Position numbers and translations under genes: made by a program | The notes under the pieces: model-generated | What the model saw: only the letters and a program-made list of their open reading frames with translations | Database searches by the model: none | What the model was told of the DNA's origin: nothing | Shown here: in pieces, positions 38,916 to 49,601 of the stretch | Layout of the letters: each line of letters begins with the position of its first letter | Position numbering within the stretch: the first letter of the stretch is position 1 | NCBI GenBank assembly: GCA_002633005.1 | Contig: NMRA01000422.1 | Location: 264,282-328,281 of the forward strand | Source of the DNA: Phoronis australis | Taxonomy: Eukaryota > Animalia > Phoronida | Length of the DNA: 64,000 bases | Direction: 5' to 3'

Positions 38916-41608
38916 ACTAAACAACACAAACAAACTGCCCATAAAATCATGATTTTGGCAGCGTGTACTTCATTCGAAGAGTTGGGAGACGCAAGAGATA
39001 AGTTGAGTGGAAGGGAAATATTGTTAAAGTGCGACTGAATTCCTTTCAAGTTTCTTGCATAACATGTGTAAACCCCACTTTTAAACTGATCAACAATGAA
39101 AGTGAGTGAAGCAATCGTTTGGAGATTGGAAGCATTGGTTGGAGGCAAAAACAGTGTTAATTGGTCCAGTGGGTCCTGTAGTACGAGTGTTGGTGAGGGG
39201 TCGCCGTGTGAAACACATTGAATAGTTACACTTGTTTTGTTGGTGACCGCAACTATTTCGGGTTTGGATGGATGCTGACATGTCATGTTCATGTTCAAAA
39301 ACGATTGCAGAGTTGGTCTGGATTCTACAAGAGAAGAACAGTTTGGAATATCATAGTTGTGAGAGTTACCTTCAGGATCGTTTTTCACTCTCAGCTTCAC
39401 CCATTGTTGCAAACTGGCGAGAAGGCAATTACAATGAAGAGGGTTGTAAGCAACGTAGAAATGTCCAAGTCTGTTGACAAGTAGGTTGTTTAGAATGGGC
39501 TGAGGCAGAGTAGTTAGTTTGTTGTGACTGATTTCCAGATTTTTTAAGCTCACCATTTTAGAAATAGCCAACGGTTCGATAACTTCAATGTGATTATGAT
39601 TAAGAATTAATGTTACTAGATCACTTAGTGACCCAAAAACGTCATATTTGATCTCGCGAATATTGTTGCTGGATAAATCGAGATAGCTGAGGAATAAGAA
39701 TTTGTCAAAGGTTCCTTTATGTAGCTTTTTGATTTTTGAATGGGATATTCCTAAGCTTTTTAGAGGAGCTAACCCGGAGAACATACCCAAAGAGCACCAT
39801 TCTATATAGTTGTGGTTGATAGATAAGCCTTTGATGTTGTGCAAATTGTCAAAGCTAAAATCCTCTATTTTCGATATCTTGTTAAAGTTCATATGAATGA
39901 TTTCAAGGGAAGTTGTGTTAAAAATGCCGGGAATAATCTTCTTCATTAAATTGTTATCAAGATTGATAGACGTGAGCAATTTTAACTCTTCGAATGTTTC
40001 TAACTCAATACTTGCAATTCTATTGCTTTTCACCACGAGAGTACGCAATGCCCAAAGCCCAGATAACATTTTCTGTGACAGTCGCGTCAGATTATTTAGT
40101 GAGAGATCTAAGAAGTCAAGATTTCTACCAAGCTTGAATGGCTGGTCATCTAGATGTGTAATACCGCTGTTCGTTATTTCAAGTGTCTGGATATTGGCAA
40201 GGTTTGCGGGAAATCTCGCCGAAATGTTTGTCCCTTCACAGCTAATCTTCAGGAAGAGAGTGCTGCGGTTTTCTAACTTGATGGTCTGTTGAATCGAGTT
40301 AACTCGCCTTAGATCGATGTTAAGGTGCCAAACATTAGGGGACCACGCCTTTGGAACTTGAACGATTGGATTTGCGTCGATGACGAGAAATCGCAAATTC
40401 TGTGGTCCTTGAAATGTGTTAGGTGTAATTTGCATGATGTTGTTATCTCGTAAATGCAAATACTGTAAACGTTTCGAATCCCTGAGGGCAAAGTCCTCTA
40501 CGATGCTAATTTTGTTACTGATCAACCGCAGTGTTCGAAGTTCAAACAGACCACGAAAGGTTCCACGTGTAATAATAGTCAAAGCGTTTTTCTCTAAAGA
40601 AAGTGTGCGGAGGTGCGATGCTGAACGAAATGTGTCGTCCTCGATTATTTCTATTTTGTTGTATTCAATGAGCAGCATCGTCAACGTTTCAATACAATCA
40701 AACACGTCCTTGGAAAGATTTCTCAGAAAATTGTACGAAGCGAAAAGTTGCTCTAAAGCTGGCATTCTGCAAAAGATGCCCTTCTCGATATTGGTAACGT
40801 TGTTCGAATTTAAGTTCAGAAAATTCAGCCACTTGTAAATTTCAATCTGCGATACTGAGAAATTTTGTAGGACGTTCACACTTATATCCAAATTTTGAAT
40901 GGATGCTGGGATTGTCCACCTTCGCGCTTGGCTGAGTTCGTTGCCATTAATATTTAGATATTTTAGGTGATTCAGATCCTCAAGAACGCCTTTGTCCATT
41001 TCAGATATTCGATTTCTCGCGATATGTAGATATTCCAATCTTGGGAGTTGTCGAAAAGTTCCGTTGATCAACCGCGATATGATGTTTCCCGAAATATCCA
41101 AGAATTTCAAGTTGAATAATGTGCTAGAGAAGGACTCATCGTCGAGAGCGATTATTTTGTTTTCATCCAAATGTAAAGCCACCAAATTTGGGGTTGAGGC
41201 AAAAGCACCGCTTGGTAAACCAGGTATCTTGTTTCTCGTCAGGAACAGGTGCTCTAGCTTGTACAAGCCGGCAAATGTTGATTCAGTTATTCTTAAGATT
41301 TTGTTACCAATGAGATCAAGAATTCTCAACTCACCCAAGGCAATGAAAGTGTGATTAGCGATATTAGTCAGTTTGTTGTAGTCCAGATAAAGATACTTGA
41401 TATTGGGTGATGAAACAAACGTGTCTGCTGAGATATGCATGATTTCACACCTTGTCAAGATAATCCTGTCTTCCGATACCTTTGCTTCTGATGGCAGGTT
41501 AGCTTGTGATAAAGCGCCGTCTCTCCCGTCGACATTGAAGGGACACTTCACGCGAAAGGCGTGTGACAAGCACACTCTGATAATGATGGTTGCTAAAACG
41601 CCTTTCAT
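38894..41608 (-). CDS. Single-coding-exon LRR + Ig (LIG-type) cell-surface protein, 904 aa
   Basis: ATG at 41608 begins a signal-peptide-like MKGVLATIIIRVCLSHA. About 27-29 typical ~24-aa LxxLxLxxN repeats follow, then LRRCT (NPLHCNC...C...C), an Ig domain (VTIQC...GDPSP...SGVYTCYARN) and a C-terminal hydrophobic stretch. Uninterrupted 2.7-kb frame. Confidence 0.95.
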   Translation of the reverse strand: MKGVLATIIIRVCLSHAFRVKCPFNVDGRDGALSQANLPSEAKVSEDRIILTRCEIMHISADTFVSSPNIKYLYLDYNKLTNIANHTFIALGELRILDLIGNKILRITESTFAGLYKLEHLFLTRNKIPGLPSGAFASTPNLVALHLDENKIIALDDESFSSTLFNLKFLDISGNIISRLINGTFRQLPRLEYLHIARNRISEMDKGVLEDLNHLKYLNINGNELSQARRWTIPASIQNLDISVNVLQNFSVSQIEIYKWLNFLNLNSNNVTNIEKGIFCRMPALEQLFASYNFLRNLSKDVFDCIETLTMLLIEYNKIEIIEDDTFRSASHLRTLSLEKNALTIITRGTFRGLFELRTLRLISNKISIVEDFALRDSKRLQYLHLRDNNIMQITPNTFQGPQNLRFLVIDANPIVQVPKAWSPNVWHLNIDLRRVNSIQQTIKLENRSTLFLKISCEGTNISARFPANLANIQTLEITNSGITHLDDQPFKLGRNLDFLDLSLNNLTRLSQKMLSGLWALRTLVVKSNRIASIELETFEELKLLTSINLDNNLMKKIIPGIFNTTSLEIIHMNFNKISKIEDFSFDNLHNIKGLSINHNYIEWCSLGMFSGLAPLKSLGISHSKIKKLHKGTFDKFLFLSYLDLSSNNIREIKYDVFGSLSDLVTLILNHNHIEVIEPLAISKMVSLKNLEISHNKLTTLPQPILNNLLVNRLGHFYVAYNPLHCNCLLASLQQWVKLRVKNDPEGNSHNYDIPNCSSLVESRPTLQSFLNMNMTCQHPSKPEIVAVTNKTSVTIQCVSHGDPSPTLVLQDPLDQLTLFLPPTNASNLQTIASLTFIVDQFKSGVYTCYARNLKGIQSHFNNISLPLNLSLASPNSSNEVHAAKIMILWAVCLCCLVMRAPSL

Positions 41609-42401
41609 GGCTTGTCGAGCTACGTGTGAATCAGTCGTGTCGTTACACGGTTTTATATGACCACGCAACTTTCCAGAGCCCTAGGAAGCGAGGGGCCGGG
41701 GGGGGGGGGGGGGNCGTGCCTACTAAACATTTACAGGCATTAGAGTTAAACCGTGCCAATTTACATTGGCGTGGAGCCGCGGACAGTCGAGAAAAGGAGG
41801 ATACCGAATACGGATAAGAAAGAAAATTCAACAGAACATTTCACAACTCAGTATCAGTGCATGGTTTAGTCTTTGAGGGCCCTGGTGAAGACATTGTTAG
41901 GGTCTCTATTTTTATAGCATAGGTCGTCCAAACGCACCTGCAAACGTGCACTTTGTAATTCGTATATGCATGTACGAAAAATCAAGAAAATTTTAAATTC
42001 AATAAGACAATTTTGCGAATGCAAAACTATATTTTTGGTTACGCACCGGCGCTGAGGAATAAGTGTCCAGACCGACTGAGCTGCCTGTCACAATACAGCC
42101 GTGTCGATATCAGTTTGACCGTGGCAAACCAATGTTTAAACAGTCCAGCTCTCTTGTTGTCTGTTTTCATCTGATGAGCTCACGTAATCCAACAGTTATG
42201 TTGTATACAGTGCCGTCCGACACTAACCAATATTTGAAAATTCTATTTGCAAACGACTTTCAACAAATGTCGTGTTCTGTAAAATACTTTCATCAAAAAG
42301 TTCGCATGGAGAAAAAACGGATGACTTTAAGAGAAATTATACTTAAATTTTGCCTGTTGATTCCTTTGTGTGACAATAAGCAATGACCAGCTAAACCGCA
42401 T

Positions 42402-42622
42402 TATTGTGTACCAACACAAAGGGCTTGCCTGAGCAGTTTAATGGAGCGAATTGGTCGTCTATGGTCGGCGCGCCGACCCGAGTGCCAAGCGCAGAGGCGA
42501 CACAGCAGACGACTCCTAGCAGACCTTTGTTGGTCAGCTGGTGGTCGGCTAGACCACCGGTCGTCGACTGGTCGTCGACCGATTTCCGACCGGTCGGACA
42601 AATATTCGTGATGTGTACAGTA
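42402..42622. mobile_element. Small palindromic GC-rich MITE-like element
   Basis: Imperfect inverted termini (TATTGTGTACCAACAC / GTGATGTGTACAGTA) with multiple internal GGTCG/CGACC motifs. Confidence 0.45.
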
Positions 42623-43007
42623 CCATTCTACTGGGCAGTGAAATCAAGAAATTTCCTGTATCAAGACCTAATCTAGAATAACTCCAGTGACCACTCCACT
42701 CTTGACACTAATTTACAAAATTTCGTTGAACTAAGGTGGTAAACTGGAATGAACATACGAATTGCGTGAAATTACAGCAATGTAAATGAGAACTTGACTT
42801 GATTACGAATTGATATAATCAAATGCTAGATGATATCCGGAAATATAATTTCGAACTATAGGTTATAGATTTATTTTTGTATTATTTCTTAATACGTTGG
42901 AACAGCAACAGGAAAAAAAATTTTTTGAGAGAAACATCTACAATGGTTTGAACATAGCGCAGATTTTAAGATCGTGGATGCATGAAAACGAAAGGGTGTG
43001 AGCGGTT

Positions 43008-43243
43008 CAGAGGCGGATCTACAGGGGGGGTTCAGGGGGTTTAAACCCCCCCTCGGGACAGGATCAAAAATAAAAAACGGAAAAAATATCGCCAGAAAAA
43101 CGAAATTAGCTACTAAAAATCCCAAAAAATCTTACACGGGAGGAGGGAAACCCTCTCGCGACCTTCCTTCTCCTCGGCGTTACGCGCCTCGGATTCTTCC
43201 GAATCCTAAACCCCCCCTTACTGAAATCGTAGATCTGCCACTG
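43008..43243 (+). mobile_element. GC-rich MITE (hAT-like termini)
   Basis: GCGGTT|CAGAGGCGGATCTAC...GTAGATCTGCCACTG|CCGGTT: TIRs plus a 6-bp TSD with one mismatch. Confidence 0.8.
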
Positions 43244-44529
43244 CCGGTTATATTGTCAGCCATGATCTATCATTATTCCGAATTTGTTGTCACTTTCGGA
43301 GTAAAAATCGTAACTAAGTTACAGCCTCCCTAGCCAGCAAGCGAGCTGTATGAAGGCTATCGTCAAAATACAGCTAGGTACAGTATATACCACTGTGCTC
43401 GAAATTGCACACAGCCCGGTTAGTTATGCTCGTCGTCTCGTTGTGAAACTTTGATCAAAAAGTAGAGCTGAAAACGATTAGAATTAATAATTCACGTGAA
43501 ATGACGTTGATGGCGATTCGTTTATTATAGACACGGCGATACAATTGTGCTAAATGCATAATAATGCATACGTATTATCGCAATGAGCCATCAAAAACAA
43601 CTCCTTGTTAAATAATCAGATAGAATGTGCTCTCATTTAGAGAACCAAATTGAATATTCTCCATTGAATAGCGGTCAAAACTGGTTCCCAAAATGTAAGC
43701 ACGTTCTAAGGGAATACTCGGAGCAATTATATAACATGCCACAGGTGTCAGCCCATTTCTCCGAGGGCCCACCTCTCTCAAAAAAGCACTACTCCGAAGG
43801 CTCACTCGAACTCCGAAAAATAGAACACCGAAGGAACAACACTTCTCCGAAATTATGTTGCAGCTGTGGAATAGGCTTTTTGTATTTCTGATTATCGTCT
43901 CACAAAGCAAGTACTGGAACATCACGTATAGAAAGGACAATTAGTTTAAATCTGGTTTTCGTATTTTACTAAGGTTGATCAGATTGAAACATTTTATGAA
44001 TGGTTAGCCTGTGATTTGAAGAGAGCCAAAGTGAAACTGATGGGTCTTTTAGAGTCTGAATGGTGGGCTGACATTTTGTTAAACACAAGCTATCCGTATC
44101 ATTTGCTTCTCAATGACAAACACCTCTGTGAGTAAATTAGTTATCAACTTCAACGCATTTCCTTGGCAAAAAGAGCTGTTGTTTACTAGTGAATTAATAG
44201 AGAGTGAGAAGGTTGGTTAGATTTTCTTGTTGTATTGATGTATGTGTTGCTTATTTTGCACGTTTTTGGAGATTGAGATTAACCTAAGCCCCAGTTGTGG
44301 CTAGGTAACAAATATGATCTTGTGGTTTAGCTTTAGCTTTCCTGAAATATTTACTGTTATTGATAATATGAACAGTGGGTATAGAAAATAAAATTTTAGT
44401 TGCAGCTTTTTAATTCAGTTTTGTATGAAGTTGTGTGGCTAGTGAATATTTTTATTGCTGTTCAGTACCTTTTAACTTTTTTGTCATGACATTTTGAACT
44501 TGGACTAGTTACGAGTGGTGATATACTCA

Positions 44530-44747
44530 ATGTGGGGGGGGGGCTCGAATTCCTGACGATGTAGACCTTTTGCTAACAAATGACTGGACGGACTAAAAAG
44601 AAAAAAAGAAATGGGACCACCACTGTGAATTGTGCGTCTGCGTTTCTAAAGTTTATTGGACTTTTGTCCCATTTTCTCGGACTTTTTGTCTCTCGGGCGC
44701 GGACCTTTTTGCCCACTTCGCCCCCGAGTCCCCTGATTGCGCGCATG
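44530..44747 (-). mobile_element. Older inverted copy of the CATGCGCGCACCC MITE
   Basis: GGGGGGCTCGAATT...CGATGT.GACCTTTT.CTAACAAA and terminal GCGCGCATG are reverse complements of parts of 38645-38915. Confidence 0.7.
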
Positions 44748-44929
44748 GGAGAGTGCGATCGAGTTTACCTATGCTGGCATGTCTAAAAAATAATGGGATG
44801 TTCTAAAACTATATTACGTTTCTGTGGTAGTGATGAATTGCTTTCTTCTTCTTACATGTGTAACACCCACTACAAAAACAATTGTTCGCATTGCTAGTAT
44901 CCTGGTGCATTGAATAGGGAATAAATGCG

Positions 44930-45597
44930 AAATTGTTGGGTGGAGATGAAACCAGCAGTGAGCTGGGAGCAACATGTTTGTCAATGGTCAGGGGAGCAAA
45001 CAAAATTTGTGACGATGGGAGGGGCTCAACACCCATGTGGCATACCCCATTGATTTTTACCTGTTTAGCACTGCTCCCATGTAACCCCCCTGGGAAGTGG
45101 TCAACACCCATTTGGCGCCCACCTGGTTTTTGCCTGGTACCCCCTTAGCTTTCACCGGAGGGGGAATTGCCCTCTGAGCCCCCAGGAGCAATCATTCAAA
45201 TTTTGTAGTCCATGGAGGTATGAGCTGTTATAAGGAAAGATAATGTGCCTTGTTAAGAACTCAAACATGAAACAAAACCGTGATATATTTTGAAGGGAGC
45301 TTCAAGAGAATAAAAACAAATACACTTTAATATTGGTTAAAATACACATTTTCGTTCTCATTCGATTATAAGTGGATGTTAGTTTACGTATTTTAACCAT
45401 TTTCAATCACACAGTAATTTTATTGCACGTTGAACGTCACTAAAATATGAATTCATCAGTGTTTACATTGTTCGGACTGCGCTCCTAAGTAAGTGGTGAT
45501 TATTCACCGCTTGGAGCGCTAGTGTTTCGACCTGTAACCACTGCGGCGAATGGTCAAATGGCGGAGTGAACTCTCCTGTACTAGTAGTACACTCCTT
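44930..45597 (+). repeat. Interspersed repeat, copy 2 (direct repeat with 36320-36853)
   Basis: Colinear with copy 1 but carries ~200 extra bp around 45200-45400. Confidence 0.75.
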
Positions 45598-46432
45598 GCT
45601 GTAAGCTATATGCCATAAACTTATCTAAATTTGAGGAGTAGTCCATCACGTTTGATCTATTATGGCAAAGCCCTGGCCACACGACTCTGGAGACTCTTGA
45701 AAACGCTTTCTGTCACACGCATATTCATAACGTAGACACTAAATGTATAACCAAATTAACATTGCCTACAAGCGTGAGATTTTTTAAGAATGTCGTAATC
45801 ACCGTATTCGTGTTAGAAGGTGAAAATACGACATCTTGTAAGCACAGCTACTGCACTTTTGTGAACATGCCGAAAAGCTAATGTTACGGTAGCACACCGC
45901 TCCCGAGGATTCTCGATAAAACGCTCTCGTGCTGGCCAATTTTTTATAATCGGGCGCATTTTTGGAAACTGAAAGGTCATTTTACATCAGGCCACGACAG
46001 ATGTATGTCGCGTTTTAGGAACGCGACGGACCGGAAAAGCAGAACACTGGCAGGAGTTCGATTGATTTATATTTGGCCGAGTCCTCTGCTGTTAAACAAC
46101 AGTAAAAGTGCCCATGTGTGAATTTTCTTCCTTCATTTCCCATCATCATGAGCGTGTGATAGCAGACCCGTGAGGAACTTTAAAAACGCCAACAGATGTA
46201 GTTTGGCTTAACACAAACAAAGAACAAGAGTGGACGGAGAAGTTGTCAAAAATACAGAGCTCTGTTTCCAATATGACACGGCGTAATATTCACCCGGAAG
46301 CAGCCAATCTTACAGAACTCGTTACCGTCACGCGTCAGTAAAGATCAAGTGAAAAGAAAACTTTCACGTCTTCTTACGTAACCAAAACTGGTTGCATGGA
46401 CCATAATCTAATGTTCAATTCAACCGCTTGCC

Positions 46433-46608
46433 TTAAATTGTATCAATTTAGATCGAGTAGTTCTACTCGATAACGGCACGTTCGGTTGCGTTACCTGACA
46501 CCTGACGGTAGACGAAGCAAACACTGAATTATCATGCGCTCACACGGCCTCGGTACCCGCCAATTGCCTTTGTTGCCGGCATCAAAAGCCGGCTGGGTAA
46601 CGCAGTGG
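46433..46608 (+). mobile_element. Internally deleted fragment of the 15384 Kolobok-like family
   Basis: TTGTATCAATTTAGATCGAGTAGTTCTACTC...GACGG matches 15415-15490 and then jumps to CATG.GCTCACACGGCCT...GGGTAACGCAGTG (16280-16350). Confidence 0.75.
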
Positions 46609-46646
46609 TGTCAGATTATAGTCTGACAGTACTATTGGTTGTATTG

Positions 46647-47365
46647 TTACTTGGCGAAATAAATTTCGCCAAGTATGTTGCTCTTCCACTAATTTTTTTT
46701 TTTTTTTATTTTTACTTGGCGAAATAAATTTCGCCAAGTATGTTGCTCTTCCACTAAGTTTTTACTTGGCGAAATAAATTTCGCCAAGTATGTTGCTCTT
46801 CCACTAAGTTTGTTTTTTTTTTTNNNNNNNNNNNNNNNNNNNNNNNNNNNNNNNNNNNNNNNNNNNNNNNNNNNNNNNNNNNNNNNNNNNNNNNNNNNNN
46901 NNNNNNNNNNNNNNNNNNNNNNNNNNNNNNNNNNNNNNNNNNNNNNNNNNNNNNNNNNNNNNNNNNNNNNNNNNNNNNNNNNNNNNNNNNNNNNNNNNNN
47001 NNNNNNNNNNNNNNNNNNNNNNNNNNNNNNNNTTCAATTGAACTAGACTGCAGCCTATTTCTTAATGATTTATGACATCTAAATTCGTCATATGAATGTT
47101 GTGATGTTGTTCATCATCGCCACCAACATCATCATATTCGTCATCATCGTCATCATCTTCGTCATCATCTCCGTCTTTTCCTTAATTTCGCCAAGTGTCG
47201 CTCAAGACTAGCCTTTTTCTTACTGATTTCGGACTCCTACGTTCGTCATGTGTATGTTATTAACTTCTTTTGTTCATCCTCACCACCATCTTCGTCATAT
47301 TCGTCATCTTCGTCATCATCTTTATCGTCATCTTTTTGGTTAATTTCGCCAAGGTTCGCTCCTCG
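46647..47365 (-). mobile_element. Inverted copy of the Helentron/HINE-like unit with triplicated terminal hairpin
   Basis: TTACTTGGCGAAATAAATTTCGCCAAGTATGTTGCTCTTCCACTAA x3; 47033-47365 is the reverse complement of the unit start (~2240-2580). Confidence 0.8.
46824..47032. other. Assembly gap (209 N)
   Basis: Run of N inside a high-copy repeat. Confidence 1.
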
Positions 47366-48654
47366 TTTTGTTTTGTTATTCAGTTTGATTGGCATGACCC
47401 CTGAGTTAAGAACAATGATTTTGTAATTTGTTTACTTCAGAATAGTATAGAACTTTCTAGAAGACTGAGGTCATAACAGTGATGATGTAATTTATTTACT
47501 ACAATATAGTGTGAAACTTTCTAGAAGACTCTAGCATGACAGTGATTATTGCAGTCTGGAATATTCTAGAGACTAGTACATGTTTGTAGAATGGTTGGGT
47601 AGATTCAGGAAAGTTCTAGAATGTCATGAATTGATGAAAAGTTCCAGAACAATGCATTAGGCTATAAATACACAAGCACGGTTTTGTGTTAGTCAGATCA
47701 AGTCAGTTCAAGAGAAGAGATCAAATCAGTTCAAGAAAGATCAAGTCAGTTTAAGAAAGATCAAGTCAGTTCAAGACAGTTAATCAGGGCCGCTCTCTAA
47801 TCTTTGTACTCAAAACGAACTCGAAAACCCCCCTCCCGACCTCCCCCCATTCGATGCTATGCGCATCTACACTAAATCGTGGTTCAGTTTGCGCAAATGC
47901 CTACAGCCGGACAAAATGTTGGGCCCCCCTTGTGATATCCTAGATCCGCCTCTGATTTGACCCTGTGCATAGACGAACACGCATCGGCACGCAACGTGGC
48001 TTTAACCTGACAACCTATCACGCAATTGCCACTCTACCCTGCGTGTGAGAACGCACACGGTGCCGTTCCGGACTTCCTGCAAAGTTGCATGTTTGATGAC
48101 AAGCACGAATACAGAGTATACAGGCAGCTATCGTTGAAAAAATGCCAACTAAATTACGAGATGTTGATATGGCACCTTCAAAGCAACTCATGCAACAGCA
48201 CGGAAGTAACACAGGATAGTTCACTCAGCGCGCTCTCCCAAACTACTGCGTGACAAGCACACACACGCAATCTTCGCGCTCTGTGTACAGCAAGTCATAA
48301 TTGTGTAACAGGAGTTTTTCACGCAAATTGATCGACTTTTTTGTCCTGTGATTAGGGAAAGTTGTTCCGAAATTTTTTCAAATAGACGGTTTTGATAACA
48401 CACATTCTGGCGCCATTGTTTAATTCCCGATTGCACGAGAGATTTCAAATTTCCATACATGTAAAATGAATCTTATACTTATCATTTCCTAAAAACATCG
48501 AAACCATTGAAAAAAGTACCTCTGCCTCCAAAAATTAACCCACGGACATTAACACTGAGGACTGGTTGAGGTAAGGGTTGAGATTTATTTCTGAGTGATG
48601 GACTTCATAGTATAATGTTTTAATATACGGAAATTTTGACTCGTTATGAAGTCA

Positions 48655-48700
48655 CTTTAGACAACGTTTCGCCCGCGACTGCTGGCTTTTTCAAGCCTCT
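48655..48700 (-). other. Degenerate Penelope-type minimal hammerhead-like motif
   Basis: Minus strand reads CTTGAAAAA-GCC-AGCAGTCGCG-GGC-GAAAC-GTT-GTC. Stem II, GAAAC and a GUC site are present, but the CUGANGA box is altered and stem I is not evident. Confidence 0.35.
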
Positions 48701-49601
48701 GCGAACTCTATCTCTCCCTTATGCAAGATATCTATTCCTTATGTAGAAAGACTTTCTGAACAAATACGGTCTGGTTACCGCGCATATAACGCACATATAC
48801 CGACCAGAAGCGCCATTACTTAGCCACACTTCCGTTACGAGTGCACCAGCGGTCTGATTCAGTTACTTGAAATCAAGGCCCACACCCCCCTCACACATTG
48901 TTAACTCTTGTTTCAGCCGCATAATGTTAATTACCTCGCGCTCTTTAGCTGTGATGTCATATTAATTACATGGCTAAACTTTATTCAGTAATTGTGGTGA
49001 AGGAGCGTGTAAATGTAATTCAAATTTCCTGCTTCAGGCATGAATCCACGCTTGAGACCGCTATGGTTGAGGCCTTAGTAGGCGATTCAGGCCTTTGCCA
49101 TTTCTCAAAAATGAAAAAAGGGGTGTGAAAGGTGTGATGGCAGTTCTCTGGAGCAAATGGGGAGTGAATGCCACGACTGGCATTCGGTCGTGAAGGTGGT
49201 TTGTATAAAACAAGTCCTGATACGTGACGTCTGCATGGCTATCTGTACGCCTTGGAGTTTGTGACAACACTTTCTACCAGGGCTACTGCTGTTGAGATCT
49301 CGTGTAGAATAATTTGTGGTAAACGAATACTATGAAATTTGAATTTCTACAACGGTGTTCTCAAGTTTAGAACCGTACATGTACCTGACTACTGGAATGT
49401 GCAGAGATTCCTACATTTGGACTATCAAGGAAACGGGCTTTTCTTCAGGAAGTCCACAAAAGTGAGCATCACTTGTCGTACCCAATATTTTGGAATCATT
49501 TCACTCGAAAAATTTGTCTTGTAAGACACGCAAAAAAAATCAGCGATGCATCAACATTGATACATGTATGTGTACCAATTACCGAACAGTACAAGGTTTA
49601 A

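Larger units (their letters stand above)
46609..47785 (+). mobile_element. Probable LTR fragment interrupted by the Helentron-like element
   Basis: Begins TGTCAGA exactly where the Kolobok similarity stops; repeated TTCTAGAA motifs; TATAAATA at ~47663 followed by GATCAAGTCAGTTCAAGA x4. Confidence 0.4.

Noticed and set aside
38894-41608. Calling the LRR gene a Toll-like receptor or VLR
   Set aside because: No TIR domain, an Ig domain follows LRRCT, and there are no flanking LRR cassette arrays.
39218-41660. Plus-strand ORFs of 69-140 aa overlapping the LRR gene
   Set aside because: Antisense shadows of the LRR codon pattern with no domain features.
41609-41668. First 20 codons of the 924-aa ORF call
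   Set aside because: Non-ATG start; the ATG at 41608 directly precedes a signal-peptide-like segment.
46804-47046. Poly-X ORFs
   Set aside because: Artefact of the N gap.
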